A DNA stretch of 64,000 nucleotides, taken from positions 7,752,001 through 7,816,000 of the forward strand of contig NC_087245.1 of the NCBI RefSeq assembly GCF_037042905.1, read 5' to 3'. A model generated the notes under the pieces. The model was not told the origin of the DNA and did no database searches. It saw only the letters and a list, made by a program, of their open reading frames with translations. This stretch comes from Lytechinus pictus. Taxonomy: Eukaryota. A program made the position numbers and the translations under genes. Shown here piece after piece: positions 12,182 through 27,379 of this stretch (the stretch's first letter is position 1; each line of letters starts with the position of its first letter).

Positions 12182-15100
12182 GTATGATCATCCCAAAATG
12201 TACAAAATGAAATCATGGTTTTAAGTTTGTAGAAAAATATGGTATTGAAATTGATACACATACTGTACATGTACAGGATGAAAAAAAAAAGGTTTTAAAT
12301 AATTTTAGGGCAGTATTATGGAATGTGTATTGTCAGTATTGAGCCTGGACCCCCTTTTACATCTACTTTCCAAAAGCCATATGACTGTATGAAAGAGGAA
12401 ATGATACAGATGAAAGAAATAAAGGTAACCCATTACACTGTACATTGAAAAGTACATTTCAACTTTTCCTTAGGTGAGGAAGAAGACAACCACCTTATTT
12501 TTATTTTGCTGTGATGCTACATGTAAGTGCATGAGAGAGAGAAAAAATGGATAGTTTATTTGCTTTCAGACTTTGATATCAGAGTCTTGATGTTAAAAGT
12601 ATCTTTCCTAATTTCTTTCACTGTTGCCAAATATTCTACAGAAGGTGTTGTAATGAACTGACTATAATGACAAAAGCTTACACATACCTTTAGATTAAGC
12701 CTTTTCAAACCTTTTCACTGGAGAAGTGTAATGATGGCAGAAAGAAATTTGTGAGTGCAGAGAGGGAGAAATCATTTGTAGGATGTTGGTTCAGGTTTCA
12801 CCTCATGAACAGAAAGTAATGGAATCAAAGCTCAGGTTGAGTTATTTGTATCATAATTCAAAAAGGCTTATTTGCTTTCTTGTATAAGATGCTGAGCATT
12901 TTTTTGGACTTATAGGGGGCAATGAATACACATTGTACATGTTTGTTTGCTAGACCTGTGATAAATCTCTGAAAATTGCATGTTAATATTCAAATTCATT
13001 ACCAGATTATAAGATGTGAAATAAAAATGTGATTGGACAAGAAGGATCCCCCTCCCCCCAAAAAGACCAGCAAAAGATCATCACTCACTGACAGGACAAC
13101 ATTGATCCACATCTTTCCTGGAAATCTGTTTAGCCTTTTATAGTGCAAAGATGCATGTGGGGAAAGAGTGAGAAAGAGAGAGACAGTGGGAAAAATTGGT
13201 ACATGTATGTGTTTTTGATGTTAATGATGATAATACATGTCCATCGTCTGAATGTATTCTGTATTATTAGCAGATCAGTGATGTATTTTTAAAAGAAAAT
13301 AGGCTTATGTGTATTTTGGTTGGGATCCTTGCAACTTCTCCACAGTAAAAAAAAAAACACAATAAAAAATGATTTTTTTATAGTAAAAAAAAAAAATTCT
13401 CAATCATGGAATGGATTGAAATTTGAAGGATGCACATTAGTTTGGAGCTTTCTGATAAGCAACCACTAAATTTGTAAGGTGCTTTAAAGTGTTCAAACAC
13501 GTACATGTATTATCACTCTGTAGATGAACCAAAAGGTAAGTTTAAATGCAATTTATTACAAAAAAAGACTGGAATACAAAATGAATAGATCACAGTTCAA
13601 TGTGTGTTCAAATTGATATTGGCCTTTTGTAGCTTATTTGCCAAGCATACTAATTATGGCTGCAATTTATGTCTGCATTAATACACACACCAAATCTACC
13701 CTGAAGCTCTCTCACAGCTCAACTCAACTCAGCTCAGACTGGCTGGCTGGCAGGTTTGTTCTTACAGGTAGCCTAAATAGACTTTACATATGGTTTATTA
13801 AACTGTCATCGCAAAGCCAGATACCAGACGATGCCAAAGCTTACAGTGCCGGCTATTAGTGATAACAATTACAAAGACCCACTTCTATCCTCTCTCTTTC
13901 ATCGCTACTCTACCACAATGAAGCACCGCCTCATGTGGTCTAGCTTGACGACAGACCAAGTGATCACACACGGCAGCTATAAAAAGACTCGAGCAGCGAG
14001 GTCTAAAAATAGACCTGATATTTATGGAAGGGAGATATTTGTAGCTGCCCAGTAAAAGGAGATGCTCGGGAGATTTGACTAGTGGTGGCTGAGCGATGGC
14101 AGCACTACGGCGGCATAGGCAGCAATATGACACTGTGCAAACCCAGCCACCTCACACACACACACACACACACACCCTCTTACTCCCACACACCCACTGT
14201 AACCCTAACACACTCATTTTCCTTTTTGCTTGCACATTTTGTTCATGAAACATAGGCGTCTTTTAGTGGTTGTATTTCTTACATTCAAATTATGGGTTAT
14301 ATTTTTATTCTGCTATTTGCCTTTATTTTGTTTTATGGTTTTATGCCATTGGTTATTTTACCTACTTGGATTATCACATTTTTTATTGAAGCTGCATGGA
14401 ACATCATGAATTTCATTATTTATGATATTCGACAGTTGTACATGCATTCTGCACTAATGTGATTGATATCTAAGTCACGATTATGTTAACTTTTCAAAAT
14501 GAAAAGGAAGGAGGATTACATTTTGAAGATTTAAAATAGAATAAGATTATTTTCTGCTATGATTACAATTTTGGAAAAAAATATTTTCAGCAGTTTAGTT
14601 TGTTCATGGACTTACAGTCCGTAGTTTGTTTCAATAGAAGATCAATAGTAGATATTAAACTATAGTGTGATGTTGAAAATTTTGTTCTGTTTTTATCTTT
14701 AAACCTCAAATTTGTCAATTTCTCTGCTCCAAATAAGGAGAAAAATGGGACTAAGTCTCCTTATGATATGTGTGAAATCATATTTGGTATATAAATTCCA
14801 TCTGGTACTGCTCACTGATAAAATAAACAATAATATAGATAGTAGATACTAAGACTAAAGGAAATATTATGATACAGCAAGTATGTCACCTAGTTGCTTA
14901 TAATATGAATCATGTTCAAATTCCTTCCCCTTTTATCTTCTCCATTTCGATCCTTTTATTTTAAGCTCTCTCCATTTTATTTTTTGCCATATTCCATCTC
15001 TACCTTCATGGTACACGTAGCTTACATGTTTGTCTTAATGAAGAACAAATTTATATTTTCATATACAGATATCTTATGAAGTAGCTTTAAAAGATGCTTT

Positions 15101-15694
15101 TCACTATTAAGGCAAGATATGTTTAATCATCATTATATATAGTACTTTATCTTACACTCATCTGTCTGTTGGCAACCTTGGGTATTGCAATATTTTAGTT
15201 GGTTATGCAGTCCTATATCTATGGAGTCCTATATCTATGGAGTAATTCATCTGCTTGAACAACACATAGAATTAGGCGATACACTACATGTCATGGATTT
15301 GGAAGATTTTCTATTCTGTTTTATATACTTGTATCAAAGGTGTAATTCACAAGATTGATGTCAAAGAGTTTGGTCTGAATTGCTTTTTGGTGTGGTTATA
15401 AATTGTCATCTGTTTTGAGTCAGAAAAACATGGTTTTCTTTCCTTTATTCAAACTTCATTGGGTTCTTATCCCACTGCTGCCACCAATATTAACTCATGC
15501 AATTCAAAATGGTGCATCTTCGTGGTCTTATGATTATCTTTGACATTTAAAGCAACATAATTAGAATATAACTACTTTAAAAATTTTATATTGTTTCTTG
15601 GTAATGTAAAAGACATTTCAGATTTATAATTCCTAGTTCTACATGCAATATCCTTAAACCTGGAAAATGGAGCAGAAAACCTACATAAAATGTT

Positions 15695-15955
15695 TAAAAA
15701 CATGAAACATAAAGCATGAAATATGAAAGCCTAAAACATAAAGCATAAAGTATAAAACATGAAGCACAAAACTTAAAACAGATATGTAAAATAAAAGATA
15801 TAAATAGATGACAAAATATAAAACATGTAAACTAAGCATAACATACATGTATTACACAACACATAACTCTTAACATGATACACATAAACCTTAAAACATG
15901 TTACAACATTAGGAAAACAAAAATGTAAAACATGAAAAATAGAACATAAAATGAA
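15695..15955. repeat. Degenerate (AAAACAT)n-like low-complexity repeat
   Basis: Recurring ~7-nt units AAACATG/AAACATA/AAGCATA. Confidence 0.7.
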
Positions 15956-18900
15956 TGTATTACATTTCCAAAAAAAAAACCCAAATAAAATGTAGTCACT
16001 TCACACTGACAAAATATTTTCAATTCAGGTAAGGTAGCGATCTCTTATTTCCAATGATATATACTCGCCTTATTTACAATGAGTTTTGACTTTGCAATCA
16101 TCCAAGTACATGTAATGATGAAAACAATATGACATTTCATATTGCCTGTTTTATCTCGATACTATTTTTTCATTTAGCCTAAAAGTGACACATTCTGTTT
16201 TCATTTGATTTTGATGAATACTTGTACATGTATTATCATCTGGTATTATTCTTGTACATGTATTATCATCTAGTATCAGAAATAATATCTTCTTTGATTT
16301 CCTCTCTATTTTAGTCATCTTAATTAGGGGAAAACAATCATGCACTCACTGGTTTGTTGGTAGGTCTGTCCCACCTTATTACATTCAACATCTTGATGTA
16401 CACACTACATGTATATCTTTATATCATTTTTTTTCTCCTTGTGATGAGGCGCAAGCGACCCACACAAAAATCAATGCACGCTGTACGTTATGTAAATAGA
16501 TGCGGGCAACCCTTGGTGTCTTGTTGGAAGGTTGCATTATTTAGCAAATGCCAAGGAGTAGTGGTCACACAGAGTACACACACTCCCTTCTCACAGACAC
16601 CCCCACACACACATTAAAATACATGCATTGTAGTAAGCATGCATACACAAACATACACACACACACCCCTGATATGTGTACATGCAGAGGGTATCGGGAG
16701 ATAAAGATGGAGAGATGGAGAGAGGAGAAGAAAAAGGGCTCACATACACTGGAGACTGGATGTAGGTACAGCTAACACACAATCATATATACATCATGCT
16801 GGATCCATGCCATGGAGCTACATACATACATACCCACAATGCTCTAAGACCTCTGTCTCTCTCTCTCCATCCCTTTTCTTCTGATGCCTGCCTGTATATT
16901 GCTCAAATAGACATGCTAAGTAGCTAAGCACATATCTGCAATGTAGAGCGCACTCAATGATACAGGTAGCAAAAGGAATAATGAAAAGGAAGGATAGAGA
17001 ATAAGAAGCTCTAAAAAACACTGGGGAAGATTGTTATAAAAATGGGAACATCTACATATATCTAGAGACAAGGCCACAAATGAAGTGTTCATAGTGACAA
17101 AGACTTAAAAGAAAACCGAAATTAAGTGTTCCTGGGTGTGATCAATACAATGAGAGGAGAGAGGTGATGGGGTACTTTTGGAAATAAATTCAGAGCTATT
17201 GTAATTTTCTATTTCATCTTTATAATGCTTAGGATAAAAAAAAATAAGTCCTGCATATTTTGAAATACATATGGCCAAGGATGTACATCATACAAATTAC
17301 AAGGCATTTGAATTATAATAATAAACTAGCAACACCCTGTAAAGAACCCCAACATGGTAATGGAATATTTGTTTAGAATTGTTCTGAAGTGTACCCTTGA
17401 TTGCTGCTGGACATGTTTTGATTCCTCTGCAACATTCATATCTACCCAAGATATCTAAATGTATGGCTAAAGACTTCTTATTAGAAACATTCATTGTTGT
17501 CATAATAATACAGGTTGTCCTTTTATACATGTTATTAAATGTATGAGGCCAAAAAATCAAAGGGACATTGAAAATGGGTTTCAAACAGACAGGTGGTCTA
17601 TAAACCTGTACAGCGCTTCCCAGAAAAAAATGAAACCAAAAATTTATTATTTTTACAAATATGATAGACAGATGATCTGTCATTGTAAAGCAGAGGGTCT
17701 CCTCTTACATCTGATATACATGTTGAGATTTGAGAGTAAAAATCCTGTATTCTGAAGAAAGTGTGCAAAAAATCATTTTGCCGATGGTATCTGACCTTAA
17801 AAAGGAAAATAACATGTCTAAAAAATGTTCCATTCTCATATTGTTTGGTTTGTTCCATTTATTTCACTTTAACAAAAGGCACATAATCAGACTGGCGCAA
17901 AATATTGAGTGCTGATTGGCTAATGATAAATTAAGTCTTAAATCAGAATAGAGCAAGTGTTTGCACAAACTCCTATTTGATTTTAATAAAATGATATTTA
18001 CAAGGTAGACCATATTACATCTGTGTTAAGTTCTGTGTACCTGTAAGAAAAGAAAGGCCTTTATGGCTTAATTGGTACAAGTTCCCTCAGTTCATTATCT
18101 TTGTTATGATATCTCAATCAAACTCAAAGAAAATAAAGGAATAACAAAATTCAATTTCTGTTCGTTTTTGTTTCTTTTAAATGACACTTGATTTTCATTA
18201 ATTTTATTAAATGAAGGCATTTTTACAGGTTAGCTGACTGACTGAAAGCAGTACTCTAGACTGAAAATAATATGATTTGAAAAGATAAAGTAAAATGAAA
18301 CAAACAAGACACTGAAAATATCATCAATATCAGATTTATTTGATTGGGGTATCACATTAAAGAGCAGATATTTAATTTCTTTAACAATTCAATTACTGTC
18401 TGTGACTTTTTTTGTTTCCTTTCTTCCAATTGTTGTTACTCCTGTGTGAATGAAGAATAAGTTATACCAGATAAAAATGAGACTCTCAGCTTTATAATGA
18501 ATATAGTTGTGATTAAGTTACAATAAATCATTTATATTCTTCTTTTCATTTTTGTGGGAACCACTGTATATATTGTAGTTCAAAGATAGTTCGTCAATGT
18601 TATTAAAGTGAATCTAGCGATAATGGCAGACCTGCTTCAAATCAAGAACATTCAATGTAAGAATTCATTTACTATATGGCACATCATCTGGCTTTGAATT
18701 ATTTTTCCTTTTTTCACTTAAATATTCCCTATCAAGTTGAAAGCAAAAACAAATTGTTTAACAGAATTCAGAGTTTTTTAAAGACCTCTTTTTTTACCAT
18801 TGTAACAAGTAACAACTCATGTAGATTTTGAGAACAGGTTTCTATATAGAGCATGTTTGTGTCATATCGTAAAGGTGAACTGCCTGTAACTTGCAATCTG

Positions 18901-21900
18901 TGCCCCAAATCATTTTTGATATTCAGATGTCAGTGAACTTTTCTTTTGAATTTCAGTTATGAAATATTTGCCATTTTATGAATAATGTAACTAATTATGT
19001 GTACTTGAATGCAAGTCATTATATTTGCATATACAGTATATATTCCTCAGTTTTGCTGGTAAATACTAGGGTGGCAAATACTAGTATAACCTGTAAATAC
19101 TGGTATAATACCCCCCCCCCCAAAAAAAAAAATGGACAAAACAAAATACTGGGAAATACTCTGCAACTATCATGAAGTAAATAAAAATAACACATTATAG
19201 AATAAATGGCAAGATAAAACATCTGAAGCCCCTTCCAAAATTGGTCTTGTTCCTGTTCGCAACCATATTATGGTCACAATATATTCTGCTGGAAAATACA
19301 AACATTGGTATTAAAGTTAACTTTACCCTTTAAAAATATTAATTTTACCCAAATTCATTCAGTTATTTTGATTAAAATGACCCCATTATTTTTGTTCAGT
19401 GGTATAATGATTAGGATTAATTGCCTGTTAAAATAAAAATGCCACTTGAACAAACCTTTCCTGGTTTTTTTTGGGTATAATGTCTGGGAAATTATGGGTG
19501 TCAGTTATTTGGGTCATAAAAAACAATGTAATATTAATGATGATAAATGAAGATATTGTAGGGTTAATTACTGAACTGGGCTCTTGCATTATAGTTATGA
19601 ATGGTACAGTACTGTACATGTTGGATGACTGGGCATTACATGTAGTAGTACCTCAGTCACATTTCCCCTACGGCGGCCGTATGTCAAGTGGAAAACATAC
19701 ATTTTTTTGTACCAGCTACATGAATGTCCATGTACATATAGATGTCTTGAATGAAAATTAATGAAACAGCTATTTTTGACACCGTATGGCTGCCCCATAT
19801 GACATGTGACTGAGGTATTAGGCATCAGATATTTTACTGGCTTACATGTATCCCACCGCTGCCACCAAATTACCACACTTAGGATTGTTTATGTTATGAT
19901 TATGGTAAAAATGTTCCATGAACTCTTGTGCAGGTGTCTCATCACCACTAATTATCTGAATGCATTTTTATGAAGTGTTTTTATTTTTTATTGGTGCAGG
20001 AATAATCAAATATTGTGCTAAGTGATAGATACGTCCTGGTTCTAATCTAGGAGTATCTTCTTGCAAGGTCTGAACAATGGGCCATACATGTATGTATGTA
20101 CATGTAGGGCCATCTTACATAAAACCAACATCATAATATAAGAAATAAGAGAATGTGAAGGAGTATTTGTACATGTCTGTGCAAAGATTACGGAAGTGTT
20201 AAAGACATGATATTATCCTCATCTCATTTACTTCATTATGGAAATTTGTGTCACAATTAATTGCCAAAGCAACCTACGTCACCTAATGCGAAAAGCATTA
20301 CTTTGGAATTCTTGTCATTTGAATTCCCCTCTGCGAGTACAGTCTATAGATGCACTGTACTGCAATTAACCATTTGTACATATCATTAACAATGATTGCT
20401 GAATTACAGGCATGAGAACCCACCTCGCGTTCTAGGATGCATACATGTGTGTACACATTGCATGCCTAGCACATTCAAGCGATTTGTTGAAGCCTTTGAA
20501 TCTACATGTAGTACTTGCAAGCAAAAGAGATGATTTGATAATTACATATATATACAGTGTAAGGCCTGGCCAACATTGCAGCATGCCATTCCTATCAGTA
20601 CAATCAATATTACACAGGAATCCCATTTTCAATAAAGCCTGAAACATCAAAGAAATAATGGCAAATCTCATAAATTTTCCCCTTCAAGCAGTTCTTAGGA
20701 ATTCTTGTCATTTGAATTCCTTACTTTAAACGAGGTGAAAGTAAACCAGACCTGTGAGTGTTCAGACTACATGTTACATGGATACAACATGGACATATTT
20801 AAATTGTCTAGTTCTGTAGGTGATTAACATTTTGAAAAAAACCCAATGACACATCTTCAACTGTGTTTCTTGATCCATGCTAAATAATATGAAATATTAT
20901 TTTATTTCTATCTTTATTTTATTTTATTTATTTATTTATTTTTATTTTTTTGTTGGGGGGCTGTCATGTTTTATGTTGATAAATATGAAGGAGACTTTTT
21001 AATGTAGATAGATGTTCCAAAGGCTCTATGTATCAGATGACACCTTAAGGTGAATTTTTGTTCATGCATGACTATACATGTATGTACAGTACATACTATA
21101 GTGACCTTTTTTTCTCCAGGGTTTACAAAATCTGCTTTCGCCAAAATGAAAAAAATATCATTCAAGCAGTACATGTACTGTAGCTCTCATTTCATTGAGT
21201 AAGCCTATCAGCCTACATTAGATGCATGAAAAGCTTTGATGTATCAGTTGATTCCATTTGATAATTTTTATTCTTTTTTATGCATGGTTATGAATAGGTA
21301 TTGTGTAAATGTAATCACTTTATTTGTTTTGAGAACTTGGCCAGACATTTGACTTGACCTACACAAAAGCGATTCAGTCAAGAAGAAGGTTTCTGAATTG
21401 ATGACTTTTTCATGTGAATTATTGCCCGATAAGAAATATCTTCTTTCAAAATTGATGTTTTCTCATTCGTGGACATACACACACCTGAAACTGATCCTGA
21501 TTAATAATGCTGGTATTGTAATTTAGTCAAATTTCGATCATTTGATTTATGTGTGCTTACATTTGTGTAATTTGTGTAATGTTAATGATAATATTACGTA
21601 AAATTTTTAAACCCATTAGGCCTAAATGTATATATACAAAAGTTGCAAGAAAAGAAGAATATAGATTAAAGATCCAAGTAGGAATGGTGCAAAGAAGTCA
21701 TGTGTACATAGTAAACAACATGAACAAATATGCAATGTGCGGTAAACAACAAATATGAATGGCAAAAACATCAATACTGCAACTACTTAAAAGTACGATA
21801 TAGAAATAATTTGAATCATACAGCTCGAATACAATAGATTGATGTGTGAAACATTTTAATCAATATTGATACTTTATAGTGGTTTGCACACACGTCCTGT

Positions 21901-24654
21901 GTGTAAAGGAAGGATGTTCTGGTGTTCATTCAGGCTACTCATGTAATCACCATAATCATGATGATGTATCTTACATGTACATGTAGGTCTGGGGTTACAG
22001 TAATTGTAAAGAAGAGCTTAGTAGAAGAAAGACCCCCAAAATCAATCAATTCAACCTTGAATTGCGGTGGAGTCATACAGTAAATGGTTATTTGTCAATC
22101 TGTACTTGTAACCATATAAAGGTAGGGCCTACATTTATGAAAGTAGTAAACTCTTTTGTGAAGTCTTACAAATATTGATGGCAGCCATATTCCTCACTAT
22201 TCTCTCCTCTTTCTGCCATGTCATGCTCATATTTGTGTGTGAGAGGTTACTTTTATTTTTCCATGTGTTCCAGTTCCATCAGCAGTTTATAATCTAGTTA
22301 CGCTTTTATAAATTGCAAAATGCAAGATCGGCTAGTAATTTTACAGTGAAAGTTGCAAGGGCTCTGATGAGAAGGTTACCCTCGATGGGGTTTTTTCTCC
22401 TCACTTGAAGTTAAACAGAGAATTGTTGTGTGATACGTTGACCCCTGCCTAGGATTTATTGATATTAATCAATAATGAATACGTTTGGAATGAAAACAAA
22501 AGTTAGATATGTTATCCTATTGTTGTTTACACTCAAACAGATATTTATTAAGATAATGCAAAATAAGTAAGGGGAAAGTTTTGAAGCAAATCCTTCACCA
22601 AAATTAAAATTGCTGTAACTTATGTTATTTCAAGGAAGAAAATTAGTTTTCCTTCATTTTAAGAAAAAATATTACACATCATGGTTTCATGTACTCTAAA
22701 TATAAATCTTTAGTTCACACACGAAATACAAGGACATTTTTAAGACTGGAGGCAGTGGAGCTATCCACAACTTTCTAAATCAGTGACTTCGTTATTTTTC
22801 AACCAAACAACCAAATTTGATGAAAACGTATTTTTATTGTTTTCTTTCACTGTTTAGTCCCAAATATACTTTTATTATTTTATTTTTGCTCAATACTATG
22901 TTAATTATTGTTTTGTGTTGTATGCTCTTTTTTAATTTTCAATCTTACACATCTTTTAAGTCATTTTCTTTTAATTAGGACCCCATGGAAGAACAGTGAT
23001 GTTTTGTAAATATCACTGAAATGGGCTATCCTCCATTGTAAATATTTTCTTGATTTTCATGTATTTTATTTAAGATTTTTGTATGGAAATAAAAACAAAC
23101 AAACAACAAATTATATTCATTTTCATTCTGGAGTATCCCCTCTGTATTCATCCAAGTGCTGCCTTTGAATAAAGTAGAATTGGTGATTGCGTTTAAACAC
23201 AGAACGCATTATCCAGACCTAGAGAGCAATGAATAGATATGTATTCTCATATGAAATGAGTAACGACATGAGGAATGCATGGGAAGCAAGCCTAGCATGA
23301 TTCTCATTATTCTGACCAATCTACTTGTTGAAAGGGGGACTGACTTATTTCTCCACCAACTAACTAGCTAGCCAGTCATACATGTAGTCTGGTTAAACAC
23401 TTTTCGTCTAGATGTACAAATTATTACATGAGGAGTATAATGACATGATCATTTTCTTGATAAAATTAATTGTTGTAACATGCTGTACATGCTTCTTTTG
23501 AAACCAGACTTGAAATGTGACATTAGTTAATGAGATTTTGTCTGAGATATTAAAAGTGCATATATCACTGCTCTTTATACTCTTTATACTTTTTAATGCA
23601 AGTCTACAGTAGGCTACAGACTGTGGCTGAAGAGGGCCATCCAGCCCAAGAATGGAGAATACATAAATGATATAAATAAATAAGTTTAACTGACAAATTT
23701 CACTGTAGAATCAGTGTACAGTTAGTTGGTCAGTTGCTATCTTGTTGATCGAACATCTTCCTCTGCTTTATCCAATGCTTCTAAGACTTAGTACGCATGG
23801 TCTGTGTTTGTCAAGACGTCTTTGCATAAGTTAAATTGGTTTAGCTTACATGTAATACTAGTAGATGAGGACATCACACAACCATTTTTCAGGAAGCAAT
23901 TTTTATCCAGAAGTACTATCATGTTTGTACATATACATGTACATGTACATGTATGTTGGGAGTGTTGTATATATATGTACAGCATGATCTGTCATTGTAT
24001 ACCAATTTGTTTGATTTATGATTTGTCATTTATGTTCTGGACCCCTTGGCAGAACTGAGTGGTAATGATTACCACTCTGAGTGGGCAATCCAGCCATTCA
24101 TTATGCTAATATGCTGTATATTATAATTGATTTCAATTATGTTTCTGTTTTTGATTTTTTAATGAATGGAGAATATTTGTACATACAGTACAACAATGAA
24201 CTGTTAATATGCCTCTAGATACACTTATCATATTTCTGCTCAAAGTTATGTATTGCATTGTCTTGGGTTGAGTTTGTGTAATTACACTTATCTACAATTT
24301 GTAATTTTTGTGTGAAATATAAACCAACTGAGAGCTTGCCATAGCAAGAAGATGGCTATAGTATGAACTGGTTTGGAAATTGGAAACCAGTTTACATGTA
24401 CAAGATTGTCATGAGAACGCTAGTGAAGTGGTCTTCTGTGGGTCTTCTATGCTATTTTTGTCTGAAGTGTTTGGTGAAAACCAGTTCAGAAAAGTAGATA
24501 AGAACAGGGTCTTAGCTAGTGAAGACATGAACACACATTTTTGAATATGTAAACATGTTTCTCACTCAAGTCCATTGATGGTAGGGAAGCCTGGGCATGA
24601 ATCCTATTAGCGATACTTCTAGTTTTCTTATCATGTCCTGGATGAAGTTGTTAA

Positions 24655-25256
24655 AGGGATGGTCCGGGCTGAAAGTACATGTACATGTAGTTAAAGCTTA
24701 ATAAATAGAGTAGAATTCACTGAGTAAAATGCCGAAAATTTCATCAAAATCGGATAACAAATAACAAAGTTATTGAATTTTAAAGTTTAGAAATATTTTG
24801 TGAAAAGTGTCGTCATGAATATTCATTAGGTGGGCTGATGATGTCACATCCCCACTTGTTCTTTTGTATTTTATTATATGAAATTATGTTTATTCAATTT
24901 TTTCCTCCAAGAACTAGAAAAATTGGATTGACAACTGATTTAGTGTGCACATTAAATATTTATGGTACAACTTATTTCATTATAAGGGAGACATATTATT
25001 CACACAAGTATGAAATAATGAAATAATTATGATTTTATGTAATAACATAAGAAAACGGAAAGTGGAGATGTGACATCATCAGCTCACCTAATGAATATTC
25101 ATGACGACTGTTTTCACAAAATGTTGCTAAACTTTAAACTTCAATAACTTTATTATTTGTTATCCGATTTTGATGAAATTTTCGGCATTTTGCTCAGTGA
25201 ATTCTACTCTATGTACATGTATTAAGATATAAATATTTTCAGCCCGGACCATCCCT
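24655..25256. mobile_element. Kolobok-like palindromic MITE family C
   Basis: TTAA at 24651-24654 and 25257-25260; ends AGGGATGGTCCGGGCTGAAA / TTTCAGCCCGGACCATCCCT; ~200-bp inverted arms. Confidence 0.88.
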
Positions 25257-26035
25257 TTAAGGATAATGGGAGTGATTTCTAAATAAAATGAACCATCTCA
25301 AATTAAAATCACACTTGTTTTATTTGTGTGAATGAATCTAGCCTTGTCCTCAATTGAGGTCAAGCATTGTTGATGCAATCACTATCAGTCAAATCACATC
25401 ACTCTTCAAGTATTTCACTGTACCAATGATATGGAATGCTCATAAACGATATGTGATTTTTTTTTATTAAAATGGGATTTGATGATAGTAGGATACTAGA
25501 ACTTGTTAATTTTGATTTTGTAACATCTTTTTATTCAGGACAATTTGATACCACATTTTGTTGTTTAGCCAAATAAACTGATTATCTAAAACCTGACAAA
25601 ATCTTGCAAAGTACACCAAAAGGAAGAAGAAACAAAATACATTGACCTATTTTAAACACATCAGTACCCTTTTTTTAAACATTTTTTTTCTAAAGTAAAA
25701 ACAGTCACTTAAAAAATTGATAAAATTTCAAAACTCACAGTTTGATGCAAATTCAAATTGTTTACCTTGTAAAGATTCTCCACCAATCTGTACATACCTC
25801 TATTATTAAAATGAAATTTAAAAAATGACAGAAAAAATGTAGCAATAAGAGAAAATATCACATAAGGATATACAGGTGTAATATGAAATACCATACATGT
25901 ACATAGAACAATTTAGAAGAAAAATATGTGTAAAGTACTGTACCGGTATGCATACAATTTATTTGAAGATGTTAATATTATATTTCATTATTATTTTCTT
26001 ATTGAATATTAAATTTTTTGAATGCAAATCATATT

Positions 26036-26377
26036 TTTGTCTCGCTTGCATAGTAGAATGAGACTATATGCGCTGCTTTTCCAATGGCGGTGGCATTGAA
26101 ATCTTAACCAAGAACTCTTTTTTAAAATGCCTTTTTAATCTGAAAAGTTAATGGATCTAGTGTATGAACTTGGCTTTTAGTGTAATCAAGTAAAGTCTTG
26201 CATAAGCCTTAGGTCACATGATCAAGGTCATAGGTCATTTATGGTTGATGAACTTAGTATTTCATTATCATATGAATGTTTTTTTTTTTGTAATTCATCT
26301 TGGTTATTTTCAAAGTCAGCACTGCTGTTATATTCAACCGTGTAATGCAGGCGAGACTGACAGAGGTTTTCCACTTG
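26036..26377 (+). mobile_element. HINE-like element family H1, short diverged copy
   Basis: GTCTCGCTTGCA ... TGCAGGCGAGAC..AGAGG..TTCCACTTG ends; single internal unit. Confidence 0.72.
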
Positions 26378-26773
26378 CTATTATAATTTTATTACAATTT
26401 TAATAATGAAAAATAGGAATTGCTGGGCCCTTCAATATGCAACTTACAATGCAAAATGATCATTTGGCCTTTGTACATGTAGTTGCAATCATTTTTTTCT
26501 GTGGTGTAGCCTTGCTTGCTGGTAGTCAATATCATACATTAATCAGCAACAAATTACATGTATTCTGTTGAGAATTGTTGAAAGGGATTTTTATGGAATT
26601 TGAAATGTATCATATAAAATGTAGTGTAAACGTGTACTTGATACTTGATGAAGTAATCCTTATTGCGGCTCATACAGGAAGCTATACTTGGATGATAATA
26701 TGAAATATTATAGTTACACTTTGTTTCCATTACTTTCTCTCTCTCTCTCTCTCTTTCTCCCTCTCCCTAATAG

Positions 26774-26876
26774 GATCCTGTACCACATACATGGTCAGAT
26801 CCAGGGCACTTCAGGAAGAAGTTCTGCAATGTTTGTAGGAGAAGATTAGATGATGCCTTGTCACTTCACTGTGAAG
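26774..26876 (+). CDS. DGKQ: DGK-theta exon: C1B N-terminal half (DPVPHTWSDPGHFRKKFCNVCRRRLDDALSLHCE)
   Basis: (CT)n tract and taatag acceptor; GAAG|gtaagc donor; H...FCxVC...HC motif of DGK-theta C1B; phase 0 to 1. Confidence 0.93.
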
Positions 26877-26888
26877 GTAAGCTACATC

Positions 26889-27379
26889 GGGGGGTGTTTC
26901 ACATAGATTTAAGTATGACTTAGAGTCATACTTAAATACCTACATGTAGTTGCGTGCGTTATAAAAGGCATAACCGCATTGGTTAGGGCCCCCTCTTACA
27001 AAGAGTTGTGATTGATCCAATCAAGGGTATCTCTATTAAAATCCATGAGTGTCTTAACCTTTTCTACAGGAAATTCACAAAATGTCCTTTGTAAACAAAG
27101 GAGATCACACCAAATTGTCAAGAAATCAATGAATTTATTGATATGCATTCATATCTAGATTTAAAAAAAATTTTAAAGCATTTTATATGTTGACTTTGCT
27201 GGCTTTCCATAGTTGTGATTGATTGGATCAATCGCAACTCTTTGTAAGACGGGGCCCAGATCATGCAAGAGGGTGCGCACTACTGCGTAATGATCAATTA
27301 GATTGCGCTTTGTATTTCAGATGCGCGTCAGCATTTAAGTGCGATTTAAGTCATAATTAAATCTTTGTGAAACACCCCC
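26889..27379. mobile_element. PIF/Harbinger-like MITE containing a second MITE (26986-27257)
   Basis: Outer TIR GGGGGTGTTTCACA.AGATTTAA / TTAAATCTTTGTGAAACACCCCC; inner TIR GGGCCCC.TCTTACAAAGAGTTG / CAACTCTTTGTAAGACGGGGCCC; superfamily is inferred from the GGG termini. Confidence 0.75.
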
